DNA of 64,000 nt, taken from positions 16,988,001-17,052,000 of the forward strand of contig NC_087246.1 of assembly GCF_037042905.1 (NCBI RefSeq), written 5' to 3'. Below are positions 13,501-28,800 of this stretch, in pieces. The position numbers and the translations under genes were made by a program. The notes under the pieces are model-generated. The model had not been told where the DNA came from and ran no database searches. It saw only the letters and a program-made list of their open reading frames with translations. Numbering within the stretch: position 1 is the stretch's first letter; every line of letters begins with the position of its first letter. The DNA comes from Lytechinus pictus. Lineage: Eukaryota.

Positions 13501-16500
13501 ATGCATGCTCTGGGGCGACCATTCTTTCTAGAATCGCCCCAAGACCTGTCACAAAATATATTCAAGATTACTTAGAAAATCATTATTCTAACTATGGCAG
13601 AATAATGATATTTTCTTTTACTGCATAACTGCTGTTTCCCCTGAAATGTAGCCTTAACATGAAACAAATAGCCCCAAAACTTGGCAATCGCACCAATGTG
13701 GAAAAAAAGATAGCCCCTAAAAATAAAACTGATTTCTCTTTACTCATAACTTACCCAGTGGATACCTCCCACTGTTTGATGGTTTTATCCCTGGAGGATG
13801 AGACTAGGTGATCTCCTGTTGCAAGGAAACTAACCGAGGAGACGTTATGGTCATGGCCGCGGAGGGTCTTCATACATTCAAAGGTGGAGAAATCCCACAA
13901 CTTGATCGTCATATCAGCCGAGCAGGAAGCTAGACGGAAATAGAACAACAAATTGACTTTTCATTTGACACTATATCATTCTCATTTAGCTATCCATTGC
14001 TAAAATCATATATATTACCATTGTATTACAAACTGAAATTGACAAAGATGCACTCAAAATACAAAGTAATATACAATCTACATTCACCCTTCAATTAATA
14101 TATATATACAGTCCGACCTCTCTTATCCGGCCTCCCCTTATCCGGATCTCTCTATTATCCGGACGCACATTTGCCGAGATTTTTTTTTTTAATTCAATCT
14201 AGTACGTGAGTAAATTGAGATGGCAATCTTAACTCAATCCTATACGCAAACTCCCTTTGATTACATATATTTTTCAATATAGTCTACCTAAAACAACATT
14301 ATTTTTCATGAAAATATCTCGCCCAAATCACCGAAAGAACTTCTAAGGCAGGATAATTTTCCAGGAAAATGGGGCGCAATGTAAACATTTCATCACGTTC
14401 TCTTTTTGTTTCCCGGGAAAAACAACACATGTCTCGCTAGCTAACGCTAGGCCTCAATATGGACAGCGCCATCTATCATGTTTAAGCCTACAGTCAGTGT
14501 AACAATGGCTGACATTGCGAAGCTGCGATAGCCGCCGCGATGATCTTATTGTAAAACTTAGTTTCATCGAGTCATTCATTCTCTTTCTTTCGAAGTATGC
14601 TCGATTTATTCCTCAATCATTTGAGCAGGTAAATTATCCAACAGTTTTGGCCACCAATCGATTTTATTTCCGTAAAAATACCGCCGATAATTTGCACTGA
14701 CACTACAGTGAATACTGTCTGTGTATGCCCACTAAATAGACTACGTGCAGCTTCTATTGCGGAGGCAGCTGCATGTATTTAATATTGGGTCTCCCAGATC
14801 CGGATAAATCCCTTATCCGGATTGGTGCTGGTCCCAACGTGTCCGGATAAGAGAGGTCGGACTGTACTGTATATACTGTATATTCCACTTTGCTTTTTGA
14901 TATGGGTAAGAAAAAAATTCTGAATACATGTGAGCTTCAACAAAATACTGTAGTCCAAATGAAAGCTATCATTCTCAAACTACAATTCCTCCAATATGTG
15001 TGTAGCATTAAACAAAAAGTCCTTGCAAAAATGCAGCTACATCACCAAATGTGAAAATGACAATTAACACATTAATAGAAGTTTGTCACCAGTATGAGCC
15101 TTAAAATGACCCAATCACAGCACAGTTTGGCAAAAGAATGCCAGCGAACATACACTAGACAAATCACACTCTTGGGACTTTTACAAGACAATAATCTTCA
15201 TTTGCTTCCCTTCATCCAGGTAATTAATGGGGAAGTTCACCCTGACAGAAAGTTTATGGTAAAAATAGCAGAAGAAAGTGATGGAAAACATTGGTGAAAT
15301 TCTGAGGAAAATCCATCAAAGATTAAGAAAGTTTTAGAAATTGAAATATTTTATACGAGCAGTTGCCCTATATATAAAATGCATAATTTCCCAATTTTGG
15401 GGGTTGGACTTTTTTCCCAGGAGCTGTATGAAATGATGTCTTCTGATTTATTGAAGGTACAATAAAAACCACTTTTAATTTTCAGAGATAATGAAATTTT
15501 ATTGAATTTTTACCACGTACTGTACGATTTGTGAGAAAGCTGCTCGCATATGACCTCACAAATCAAAGAATTCAAATTCTAAATTTTTTTTAATTCTTTC
15601 ATGGATTTTCCTCAAATGTTCACCAATATTTTTAACGCTATTGTCACAATTTGCTTTTCGTCAGGGTAAATTTCCCCTTTATTTATAATTATACGATGAA
15701 TGTGTATGAACAGGAAATATTTTAATATATCCCAGCAATATGTTTCTGTATCTGACATATCATTGCACCTCTACTATTGGAAAAGCTAGGGCACAAGAGG
15801 AAGAAGTCCGAAAGATTGCTCTATGCACCACTATACCACCATCACACAATGCAGTCAATGTGTGACAGCCGGCTTAATTGGATGCAAATATTATTACTTA
15901 ATATTGTGTATTAAAAGATACAAGTATCAAATGAGATATGGACTTACATGTAATGCATCATTTGAGCTTTATGTATTCAATAGATAAATAAGGCAGACTG
16001 GCAATCTCAAAATGATAGTAAATATTATGAATTTAGATATATTTGATAATACAGCTTTAAAATGTATATTCTACAATTTCAAGTTTGAAAATAGGAAGGG
16101 GGTAAGTACTGCAAAATTGAACACCCTGCATCTATAACTTCAGCAAAATTCTCATGTGATAAGGAACAAACATTATATCTTTGCTGGTTAAAAATGTGAA
16201 CAGGCCTTTGCTTTATTATACAATCGCAATGAATATTCAGCTTTGGAATTGTGTCAGAATGTTACTTAGGCCAAGGACAAGTTCACATTAGTTTTCCAGT
16301 ATTGAACAATGAAAATGAGAACAGAGCAAATAGATAATCCTCCTATAATCTTCCTATTGTACATACATAAATAATAGAGCTTTCACAAGAATGTACCTTG
16401 TGAATGATATGGCAAACTGTTTCAGTTCTCAATGTACATTATGAAGAGGGAGCTATTGAACCAAAACGTACAGATGAGGGAATGGAAAAGAAAAGTTGGG

Positions 16501-19500
16501 TATGAAACAATGCCAGGCCAATGGAACACAAGTAATACAGGTAACTCTGCCCAGGTCAAATCTCTTGGGACCAGAAATATCTGTTCAACTCAGACAAAAG
16601 AGGTGTAAAACAATTTTTGATTAATCTGGTCCAAAAAAATTGCTTCAACTTTGGCGATTATTCAACTTATGGAAGGTCGACTAAGGCAGAGTTACCTGTA
16701 TTAGATTTAGAAATCATCAAATTACTTGGAACAGTGAAAGACTTTCTATCAAACATTCTGTTCATCAGAAAGGCTGTATCATTCGATTTGAATGAAAGGG
16801 GTTTCTATGATGATAAAATGGTATACTGTCGGGCGAAACAAGTATTTCTATTCTGCAAACAAATTGTTTTGATTTTTAGGATGAGGACGTACTGAAAAGC
16901 ATTGCATGAGGAATTAGATCAGTGTCATGTTGTTTCCAGCACAACAATGATTCAACCTGAAAACAGTAATAGAAACTGGATGACCTATGGAACTTGAGTT
17001 CACGCATGTGCAGATGGTTTGTCATCCATTAACAAAAGCATCCGTCACTCAATTCTAGATCTACATGTAGGTTCTAACATGTTCTAATTTCACTTCACCT
17101 CAGTTTTGGGTTACTTACCTAACATCTTGCCTGCGTGATCGAAACATATATCTTGAACTGAGTCTGTGTGACCTTTTAGTGTACGTTCAAAATCTCCGGA
17201 CTCATAATCCCAGACCTGTACAGAACACAATGGAAGAAATCATAATGACCATGCCAAAAGCCCCTTCCCCTATTCCTCTCACAAGTTCATCAGGTCATAC
17301 AGGAAAACTTAAATACAGAACTCTTCAAATTCCTTTGTTTTCTTTTAAATTCAATATTGGTTTAAAGCGACAACACTGTCAACTATGGATATGAAAGACT
17401 CAAAAAGCCCATTTAGACCAACTTGATCACCAGAATACATGTAATTTACGACAACTTGATCAGGCCCCAAAAGATCCGATAATCATTTTTGCATTGATAC
17501 TGACCCAAAGCAGATCCTTTCAGGGTAAGTTCTCAAAGTTACAAGCATGCGCAGTATGGTGTAATTAGCAGGTGAGGCGCACAATTCAAAATCCCTAGCT
17601 CAGCAGATTACGTTGCCTATGCCCAACTACTTGCTGGGTTGAGAAAGCAATATGCTTTCACACTGGAAGCAAACCTGATATTTTCTGATCAGGATAGATC
17701 AGAGAACACCTGGCATTCTCGACCTTTGAGTTCTTCTGAATATAAAGCCGTTGTGAACATCAGTTCTGGGAACCCCACTGTTCTCTAATCAGATATATAA
17801 TATTTGCACAGGTAAAGCAATAAAAATTGCATTTTGTGGAATCCACATCACATACCATAATATAGATGGGGAGGTGCTTACATGTGACTTTTAGTTGCAT
17901 TTTATGATACACGAAATATGTATGGTACCACCATCCAAATCTCCCTACATTGTATGTTCATTAAACTGTTTAAACATTAATTCATCCTAAACAAGACTTT
18001 CTTTGAGAAAGATGAGCTATACAATCAAATTATTACCATTTGTTATCATCATATCTGGTGGGTTATTGGATTATGCATTTTCCAAGTAACTTTGCCATCC
18101 TACATGTACGCATGTCGACAATGCTCAACAGTCAATCAAAATCAAAGATTACATGAGAGTTACCATTGGAAAAGTAAGATTTATAAATACAACAGGGCCC
18201 TGGCTCAATAGACAAGCAGCTTACTTTGATGGTGGCGTCTTCTGACGATGACACCATGACATTATAGACGGGATGAAAGATGACTCTAGTAATAGGGCTA
18301 CGATGACCGGTTAGTGCGTACTTCTCCGGGGGTCTAGGTATCCATTCTGTTGGTGACCGCTTCTCCCTGTTAGGACCGCCTGAACTGAATTCTCTTTCTG
18401 CCTCGTTAAGTTTCATTTCTAAGTCCATAACTTTCTTTTGTAATCTGATAACCGAAGTCCATTTCTTCTCCAAGAGACCATTGTATTTTCGTTCCAATTC
18501 GTCAGACTGTGTGATAGATGGGAAATGATATCAAATATCAAGATATCCAAGCAATATTGTTCATCTTGAAATAAACATTACAACAAATACTTTAAAAAAA
18601 ATAATTATGAAGAAATATCAAATTTAGACTTGATAAAGTATGTGATGACAGAAAATGTTTCATTTTCTCAGCTATCAATATATTAACATTAAATGTACAT
18701 CGGTCTAATTTAAACTTCATAGCATGAATTGGGAATTATTTTTTGCTAAGTGCTACATGGTATTACAAATAAGATGACGTAGATACAGTACCCATTAATG
18801 TTGGTTTCATGACCTGCTACCTACAGTACATGTATTAAAATAACCACTTACACATAAACGGACAAGTACATGTACATGTATGTATAAACTTAATAGATAA
18901 ACAACTTCCTGCCTATAATGTACACAAGTGCATACATGTTGTGTGTAATATTCTTACATGAAAGAGCATTTTCAAAGGTCATATGTTTAAATCCTGCTTT
19001 AATTACTTTGTGATATTTTGGAAAATTAACAAATTTGAATTTTGAAATACTGAAACAGTTGACTCTGCCTATTGGGACCACAAAATTGTGCATGACTTTA
19101 ATGGTCAAGTCCACCCCCAGAAAAATGTTGATTTTGATAAAAAAGAAAAATCAAACTAGTATAATGCTGAAAATTCCATCAAAATCGGAAGTAAAATGAG
19201 AAAGTTATGACAAATAAAGTTTCGCTTTTCACAAAACAGTTAAATGTACAACTCAGTGACATGCAAATTAGACAATCGATGTCCCTCACTACCGGTATTT
19301 CTTTGTTTTTTATTGTTTGAATTATACAATATTTCATTTTTCACAGATTTGACAATTAGGACCAACTTGACTGAACCATATAGTATTAAACAATGCTAAT
19401 TCCACATATTTAGCAGGCCTTGTTCAGGGAGGAATTAATCTTTGTTTCACTTGACAATGAGGAGAAAATTATAAAATATAATATTTCATACAATAAAATG

Positions 19501-22500
19501 AAATGTATTAGTGAGTGGATGACATCATCAGTCTCCTCATTTGCATACCAAGTGCCGGCCGCACAGAAACGTGGTTAGCCTAACAGAGCGCTAACAGTAA
19601 GCCCAGTCACATCTTTCGAATTGTGAAGTCAAAACATTTATTTTAATGTGTAAGTAATGCATTGCAGCATCGCTGCCACAATAACCGGTTGTAACAGGGC
19701 ATCTGTTAGCGCATTGTTAGCGCTAACAACGTTTCTGTGCTGTCGGTACAGGATGTGCATACACTGTAACTGTTTTGTAAAATAAAGCAAAATTTAATTT
19801 ACAGTGTATGTCATAACTTTCTTATTTTACATCCGATTTTGATGAAATTTTCAGTGTTATGCTTGTTGAATTTTTCTATTTTTACTTGAATCAACTTTTT
19901 GTTGGGGTGGACTTGTCCTTTAATAACAAAATTTGATAATGTAAATAACACATGTTGCATATTCTTGGCCCCGTTGCATAACAGTCATTATTACAGTAAC
20001 TTTGCCATCCAGTGGTAACTACCATGGAAACAGTGGTCAATAGCCAATCAAAATCAAGGATTCCAAGGAAGTTACCATAATGTTAACTTTTATGCAATGG
20101 GGCCCTGGTCTGAAATTTAAAAAAAATGCTTTGACTTTTTAAAATAATCATTCAACTTTGGAAGATCAGCTCAAGCAACATACATGTATATTGTGTTTGA
20201 ACGCAATAAGACCTGATGGCTACATGTACATGCATGAAGAGCTTAACCTTCACATTTATCACATTGAGCATAAAATGCATACATTTTGTGACCAAGAATG
20301 AAACAGAAAGTGGTTTCTCCTCAAAGCAAGCAGGTACATACATGTACATGTAAGCCTACATGTAGGATTAATGGATAATTGATATACATGTACATATATA
20401 CCAGCCTACATGTACAATACTGAATTACTTGCTCAGGAAGAATTAAATGAAATAATTTAAGTAGATAACAAAAGATCAGAGTAGGCCTACTTCAATTATG
20501 ATCTGTATCTATCAACTATTAATTTTTATGATACACAAAGATTTTTCATTATTTTCTTTTATTGTTTATATATCAAATCATATTTAGATTTATTTTTTAT
20601 ATTGTGTCAACATATCATTTGATATTGAAATAAATAGAAAAAGCAAGAGAAACAGAATGAAAGAAGGAGAGAGAGAAATGAAATAAAAAGAGAGAAAGAG
20701 AAATAAAGTGTGAAGAGGACAGACATTAAGAATAATTTACATTCAATAATATATTTTGTATCAAGGAGTATAAACGAGTCATATTTCCCCAAATTATATC
20801 CAACCTCTATTTCTATCTCAGCATAAAGTGCATGTATTCTTTACATTTCATGTACATTTCGAGCAAGAAATTAAAAGCATCTCTTGAGACTTTTGAGGAA
20901 CAAATCTTCCAATTAATGTAGTGATGAAAGGCAACGGATGCATTAAATACACAGGCGATGAGCAACATGGGAGAAGCAGTTGAGGGGGGCGGACACCACC
21001 AAGCAAAAACCACTCCACATCTTATGTAGAGAGCAAGGTTATTTACCCATCACATCAGAACGCTGCTTCCACGTCATCATCAGCATCACCTACATACACA
21101 CTATCTCATACACAGGGAGCATTCTATGTACATGTATGATGCACACACTCTCACACACAACTCTCTCACTCCAGACATAAGGGAGGCCCTTATGAAGGAT
21201 GCAGATAGATGCCGCTTAGCCCCCAATGCACATCAAATTGTGTGACTTCATGTACTCTTCATAATACGGGATACACACATGCTTTTTAGAGTTCATGTTT
21301 CTGTAGTCCCATGCTGCTTTCTGCTAAATTAGTTATCTGGTTATTCTATGATTCCCATCTTTAACTCTTTCAGTATTTTTCCAAGTTTGTTGTGTCTAAT
21401 CTCATTCTTTCTTATCCTCTCATCCTGTCAAATTATTCTTTAAAATCCTGCATATGGTACGCAAAAAAAAAAAAAGATCGTAAGCACTAAGCTTTTTCTA
21501 GAAAATAAATTCTTTTTATTCTCCTCTCATTTCTGTTACTCTGAATATAGGCAAATTAATAAATTACCCTCTTAACCTTATTCTTCCAAGAATATTGAAT
21601 TGCTTTATATCGAATTTACCAACCGTACAATGTATGTAGTTGTTTCATTTAAAGTCTGTTTTGAAAGCTTTTGTTAATGGTCAGTAATTTGAATTATACC
21701 CGAGTATCATCTACGGTAACATTCTAGTATTACAAAAGTAAGTGGTCAATGGATGTTTTTTTAGGACTTCATTAAAAATCATTGGCATTTTCAGCCCTTA
21801 GTCATTTGGCATCTAGCACCCTCTCTTGGCGAATATTTTATTTTTTGTTTGAAAATAGCACTTTGAGCACTCAACTTACAAATTATGTAATAATCGGATA
21901 TTAGAAAACAACAAATAGGTTATATCCTGAAATTTTCAGCTCATTCCAAGCTTGAAAAGGGGTTCAAGAAAAACATGCATTTATTTTGATCGGGCAACCA
22001 ATTAAAACAGATTTTGATGCAAAATAAATAAATTCATCCACTAAACACATTTCTTGGTATAACCTTCACATTATCTGTTTAATGTATTTTGTTGTTGTTA
22101 TTTTACTCCATTCAAACTGTATTAGCATTTTATCCTTCATTTCAATTATTTTGCATCTCATTTAATCAGCTTTTCATTCTTGCAGTACTATTTTTCTTGC
22201 ATAATTTTTTTTTAATTCGTGTAGGGAACAAATAAAGATACTTGCAAAAGTTATGTGGAACAAGTGGAGCACCTCTGGCAGTCTCGCTTGCATTACGCAA
22301 TTCAATAAAGCAGCAGTGCTTGACTTTGAAAACGACTATAGAATAATTATTCACAAAAAGCAACAACATTCATATGATGATAAAATACTATGTCCATTGA
22401 CCCTACAATGACATTTAACTTTAATTGTGTGACCTGAAACTCAGGCAGGCTGTTCTGTAATACTTGATTACCAGACCTGCCAACCTCTGGGAATGAAACA

Positions 22501-25500
22501 GTGTATTCTGTGATAAAAAAAAGTGTATTTTTCCCCAAAAAAGTGTATTTCATAATAAAATACGTGGCGCACTCACTCATCGCGGCGCTCAAGCTGCATG
22601 CAAGCTAAAATAGGCACTGCTCTTGCAGATGAAAAAAAAAAAAACATTTAAACATGTGTATATCTCACCCTGGTTTTAACAAAATGATTAAAAAAAAACA
22701 AGTTGCCTGAAATTACATTGATCAAATAACCATATTTGCGTAAGTTTTATGAAATAGAGACATATAGAGATGATTTTTCTCAATAAATTACGATTTTGTA
22801 AAAAAAAAAAAAAAAACGTACTAAATATAAATACGCCAAAAATGTACTGGTTGGCAGGTCTGGGTTACCCTTATGTCCAACTTTTATGAACTAGGTCCAT
22901 AAATTTATGATGATATTTCAAAAACTTAACCTGTGGTTAAGATTTTGATGTTGATTCCCCCAACATGGGCTTGATCATATGACCTCAAACTCTGGCAGGA
23001 TGTTCAGTACCCGTAATCATTATTATGTCCAAGTTTCATCAACTAGGCCCATATACATGTACATGTGCTTTCCAAGTTATGATGACATTTCAAAAACTTA
23101 GCCTTTAGTTAAGATTTGGTGTTGATGACGCCGCCTCCGCCGTCGGAAAAGTGGCGTCTACATGTACAGTCTCGCTCTGCTATGCAGGCGAGAAAAACCA
23201 GTTATCTTGAAATTTCCATCCCATTGCCAATTTCTAAAAGGATTTTAAAGACCATTCTCTTTTCAACGTTTGTTTAAACAGGGGTGTGAGTGGTCACAAA
23301 TAAAAAAAGCTGAAAAAAGCTGAAGAGTGTTGAAAAAGTCTGAAATAGAAAGAGCTCCCATACTTTTTGTACAGAGGAAGGCCAAAAATAAGCTGAAATT
23401 AAGCTGAAAATCAAAACAAAAAAATCTGAAATCAGATAAAAATCTGAACTCTCACACCCCTGTTTAAAGCACTGAAGGAAATATATGTAATACAAATGGG
23501 CAAAACATGAGCAGATATTTTTTTGTACTCATCCATCAAAATTTATTTGGCCAAACCATAAAATGTGGTCACATTGTCCCCAATGATCATATTCTAGAAA
23601 AAGCAGTGATGAGAGAACACAGTTGAATTCATACAATATCATGATTATTCGCTCGATATGCCCAATCCTGGATTCGGGACTTGATGTGCCAACAGGTAAA
23701 CCCATTGGGCATTGGGTTACAATTTGAAATGCACAAACGACTGCTTTTTCCTCCCTAAAGCATTTGTCCATATGGCAGGGAGGGCTCGTATACATACAGA
23801 GAACCTCAAAGTATAGTATGCATGCTCAATCACATGTACACACGTGGGTTGCTATTGTAACAGAATTGTTTAGAATAAAAGTCAGAAAATCTAAAAAGGA
23901 GAAAGTGGAGTACTTGAACTTTTCTTATTAATTTTTTTAAAAAGCACCTGAAAATGGTATTTATATGTTGATGGCAGGAAAATGGACAGAAATCTCATAC
24001 ACTGTACCTCCTTAATAAAATTTCATGTTAAGGACAAGTCCACCCAACAAAAAGTTGATTTGAATAAAAAGAGAAAAATTCATCAAGCATAACACTGAAA
24101 ATTTCATCAAAATCGGATGTAAAAAAAGAAAGTTATGACATTTTAAATTTTCGCTTAATTTCACAAAACAGTTATATGCACATCCTGGTTGGCTTTGTAT
24201 TTTATTATATGAAATATGAAATATTCAAATTTTCTCCTCATTGTCAAGTGATACAACGATTAATTCCTCCCTGAACATGTGGAATCAGCACTGTTTAATA
24301 CTATATGGTTCAGTCAAGTTGGTCCTTATAGTCAAATCTATAAAAAATGAAATATTGTATAATTGAAACAATAAAAAACAAAAGAAATAGTGAGTGGTGG
24401 ACGTCATCAACTGACTCGCCTAGTTGTGCATATCACTGTTTTGTGAAAAATAAGCGAAATTTTAAAATGTCATAACTTTCTTATTTTACATCCGATTTTG
24501 ATGAAATTTTCAGCAATATGTTTGACTTTTCTCTATTTATTCTAGTCAGCATTCTCCTGGGGTGGACTTTAAAACAAAATGCATATTATACAGGTGGGAG
24601 GAAAAAAAGTAGTTTGAAACTCACCATATCAGCCTCTTTCTGGAATTCCATAAGGGCTTTTTCATAGCCATTTGAACGGAGATAATCTGCAATAGCTTTG
24701 TTTCTATGGGGAGAGAAAGATAAGAGAGGTGAGCATAGTAACAAGTGGAATGCCTCTGGCCGTCTCACCTGCATCACGCGATTCAATATAGCAGCAGTGC
24801 TGATTTTGAAAACTACTATAACTCGCACAAGATGTTCAGTGATACTTGGTTACTCTTATTTCCACGTTTTATGAACTAGACCAATACACTTATAGAGATA
24901 TGATGGCAATTCAACAAATACCCCCAACGTGGCCAAAGTTCTTTGACCTTACATGACCTTTGACCTTGATCATGTGACCTGAAACTCGCACAGGATGTTC
25001 AGTGATACTTGATTACTATTATGTCCAAGTTTTATGAACTAGACCAACACACTTTCAAATTTATGGCTGTAATTCAACAAATACCCCAATTTGGCCAAAG
25101 TTCATTGACCCTAAATGACCTTTGACCTTGATCATGTGACCTGAAACTTGCACAGGATGTTCAGTAATACTTGATTACTATTATGTCCAAGTTTCATGAA
25201 TCAGATCCATAAACTTTCAAAGTTATGATGGTAATTCAACAGATACCCCCAATTCGGCCAAAGTTCATTGACCCTAAATGACCTTTGACCTTGGTCATGT
25301 GACGTGAAACTCATGCAGGATGTTCAGTGATACTTGATTACTATTATGTCCAAGTTTCATGAATCAGATCCATAAACTTTCAAAGTTATGATGGTAATTC
25401 AACAGATACCCCCAATTCGGCCAAAGTTCATTGACCCTAAATGACCTTTGACCTTGGTCATGTGACGTGAAACTCATGCAGGATGTTCAGTGATACTTGA

Positions 25501-25797
25501 TTAACCTTATGTATAAGTTTCATGAACTAGGTCCATATATTTTCTAAGTTATGATGACATTTCAAAAACTTAACCTTAGGTTAAGATTTTGATGTTGATT
25601 CCCCCAACATGGTCTAAGTTCATTGACCCTAAATGACCTTTGACCTTGGTCATGTGACATGAAACTCAGGCAGGATATTCAGTAATACTTGATTAACCTT
25701 ATGGCCAAGTTTCATGAACTAGGTCCATATACTTTCTGAGTTATGCTGTCATTTCAAAAACTTAACCTCAGGTTAAGATTTGGTGTTGACGCCGCCG

Positions 25798-25831
<34 letters not shown>

Positions 25832-28800
25832 CGCCGTCGGAAAAGCGGCGCCTATAGTCTCACTCTGCTATGCAGGTGAGACAAAAACAGAAAATAGAAA
25901 GAACAAAATAATACATGGACACATTTGTAGTCACCACATTTAGACCATTTGACCATGGCACTTCCACAACAATTTATACATTCATGTACACTGCACAGTC
26001 TATTCATAATTTAATCTCTTCAATTGACACCAAGGATTTATAAATTATATGGCTACAGGTATTTAGTTTAAAAAAATAATTAGCACCTTATCAGTCCTCA
26101 TATACAATGTTACAGAAATGTACATTTAACCTAAAGGCAAGGCTCCACAATAACTTTTTTTCTTGGTGGCCTGATCGGTCCACCAAAATCATCAATTTCA
26201 CATTCTTGGTGGAATGCAAAGCAAATTTGGTGGCCCCAACACAAAGAAAACATTACAATTTATCAAAACTTTGGAAGCCCGACCGAGCCACCAAGTGTGG
26301 GCTATTACAAAATTTTGGTGGCCCAACTCTCATTTTTGGTTGCCCTGGGCCACCGGGCGACTGCTAATGTCGAGCCCTGCTAAAGGGGATGTACACCCAG
26401 GTGATTAAAAGCAGAAATAATATATATGTACATGTATATGTATTTAAAAGAAAAAGATCTGATGAAATTCCATCAAAGAATATCATTTTTTTAACAACTT
26501 CAAATTTGTGACATGATTTGACAATTGACATCATCATGTACATGTACGTGAGTATCTGGCCCATATGTCATGAAATGCAAAATAAAAATTCCCACTTTTT
26601 TGGTCCATGATTAATAAAAAATAAGAACATCTTCTATCAAAGAGAAGCGGGTGTCTGATGATGTATTGAACACCGCTTTCAATTTTTGTTTTATGTCAAT
26701 CAACTTTAAAAATCTATCATTCTGTTATTCTTTGACAGATTTTCTCCAAACCATATACATGTAAGCATATATTTTTAATACAAACAAATTTTTGTCAGGG
26801 ATAAGATAACTTCCCCTTAAAAAAAATAAACAGGTTTTCAATGATTCATTTGTGATTTTCCCGCTCCATACAGTACAATGATGTGATAAATAAAGAATTG
26901 TAAATATAAACCATTTAAAATACATATTTACACTTCTAACAAATGACATAATTTACATGTACATCAAACAATTTTCAATTCTATCATCTTGAAAAATTTA
27001 CTAAAATCTAATACACAAAAACAATGGGACTTGTAATGATAAGGATCAAGTGCTTATCTTATCTAGATACATGTAATCAAGCTGTAAATATATTTTATAC
27101 AAAGTATCAGTTATTAAAATGCACAGTAATCCGTCAATTAGAATAACACCATGTTCATAACTTCATATATTTACATATTGCACAGGAATGTACATGCACA
27201 TGTAGATCTGCATAATGTATGCTCTGCTGAGGAATTCATTATGCTCAATATACATGTATGAGTCATCAAACATACAATAAACTTAGATGTACATGCACAA
27301 ATATGTCATTACTCAAAATGTACTGCGTTACATATTATATGGGACCATGGAAATTAATTCAGGTAAAAAACTTATATGTTGCAGGTCTTGGTATGAGGAA
27401 AATTTCATTATTCTCCCTGGACAGTTACCTGTACACGTGTGTTTATTTGTTACTTTTTTTTTGTACGGTAAGCCTTTAATGAAGTAAGAGAGGATGTGCT
27501 ACGAATGAGAGTGATGAGACAGTTACATACATGCATGGGACATTTTGTCTCCCACAATGCACACAATTTTGTTCCATGATTTTTAAAAATCAAAATGCAT
27601 ATAATTCATCATGATATGGTTTTTAATTTGTATTTCTTTTTTTTTTCTTTTTTTTTTACATTTCTCCATTTCTACAATTTTTCCTCAAGTTTTTCATTAA
27701 TCAATATTTACTACAAATCAATCTAAGTTATCAACGGACAGATCGCAAATTGAACTCATGTGCATGCATCATTTGTATACTTACATGTATCTAATCATAC
27801 TATCCCATACAACTATCATTATAAAGTAAATTACATTTATGAAACTATTGGGGATTATAAAATTAATTTCATGCTTACTAAATCAGAAATTCCTAGAGAT
27901 GCAACAATAAAAGTGTTGAATTCTGGGAAATATCCTGAAATTTTTTAATATAGGATATTCATCCTTTGACAAGATCTTATTTGCCTATTCAATTTCCGGT
28001 ACATGTACCGATGTACGTAGATAACACCATCCCCCCGAAAAAAAAAATGATTGGAAGTTCATTTCCCACTTATTTTGCTTTGATTTTGAATGATCTCTTT
28101 ATAATTGTCCCAGTCCCGTACATAACACTAACGTGGCGTTGCAAGAAACGTGCAATTAAGTCAAATTTAGGTCACAACTCACAAAATCAATCAAAACTCG
28201 TGCAATTAATTGCATATCCACACTCAATAGCTGGTCTGCTTCTTGCAACTAGTAGTCAAAATAAATTTGGTATAGTTACAATTGATATCAAATGTATATT
28301 AGCAGCAGAAATTTGCGATTAATTGCAAATATATTCTTGCAACACCCATATGTTTACCAATTATGCAAATAAGGTGAAAAAAAATAGCATATATCTGTAT
28401 ACCATCAATTTTTTTTTCTTAATGAAACTTTAGAATTTAACATTTGGGCTCTCTTATCCCAACAAAGATTACAGTGTACTTCATGAAGTAGAGATGAAAT
28501 ATGAAATTTTTTTAGGGGGACTTTTTCTTGAACTTGCCCTTTAACAAGTTGAATGCTGAGCCAGTGAGCTGGTATTAGTCTAACACCTTAAATTATATTA
28601 AAGAAAGATCTTGATCAATCTGAAAATGACATTCGACCTTGACTTCCACTTTGTCTGAATCTTTCCGATATATATTTGACTATAAAATATACTACATGTA
28701 CATACATGTACATGTAGCAAAAGACATTGCCGCTGGGAGTTAATCCTTGTATCTCGAAATTGAGGGAAGCTTAAAAAAAGAAAAGTAAAAAACTATGGAA

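Noticed and set aside
21047-21089. Possible 43-nt cassette exon in a LIS1 intron (tgtag|...ATGG|gtaaat) within a GC-box/CRE-like patch
   Set aside because: No pyrimidine tract and frame-shifting; nothing beyond chance splice dinucleotides
23795-23803. Exact METTL16 nonamer TACAGAGAA
   Set aside because: On the plus strand, antisense to LIS1, with no evident hairpin; one such 9-mer in 64 kb is compatible with chance
24830-25750. Regular repeat array superficially like CRISPR
   Set aside because: Eukaryotic intron; contiguous 162-bp units with no unique spacers; part of a Helentron-like element
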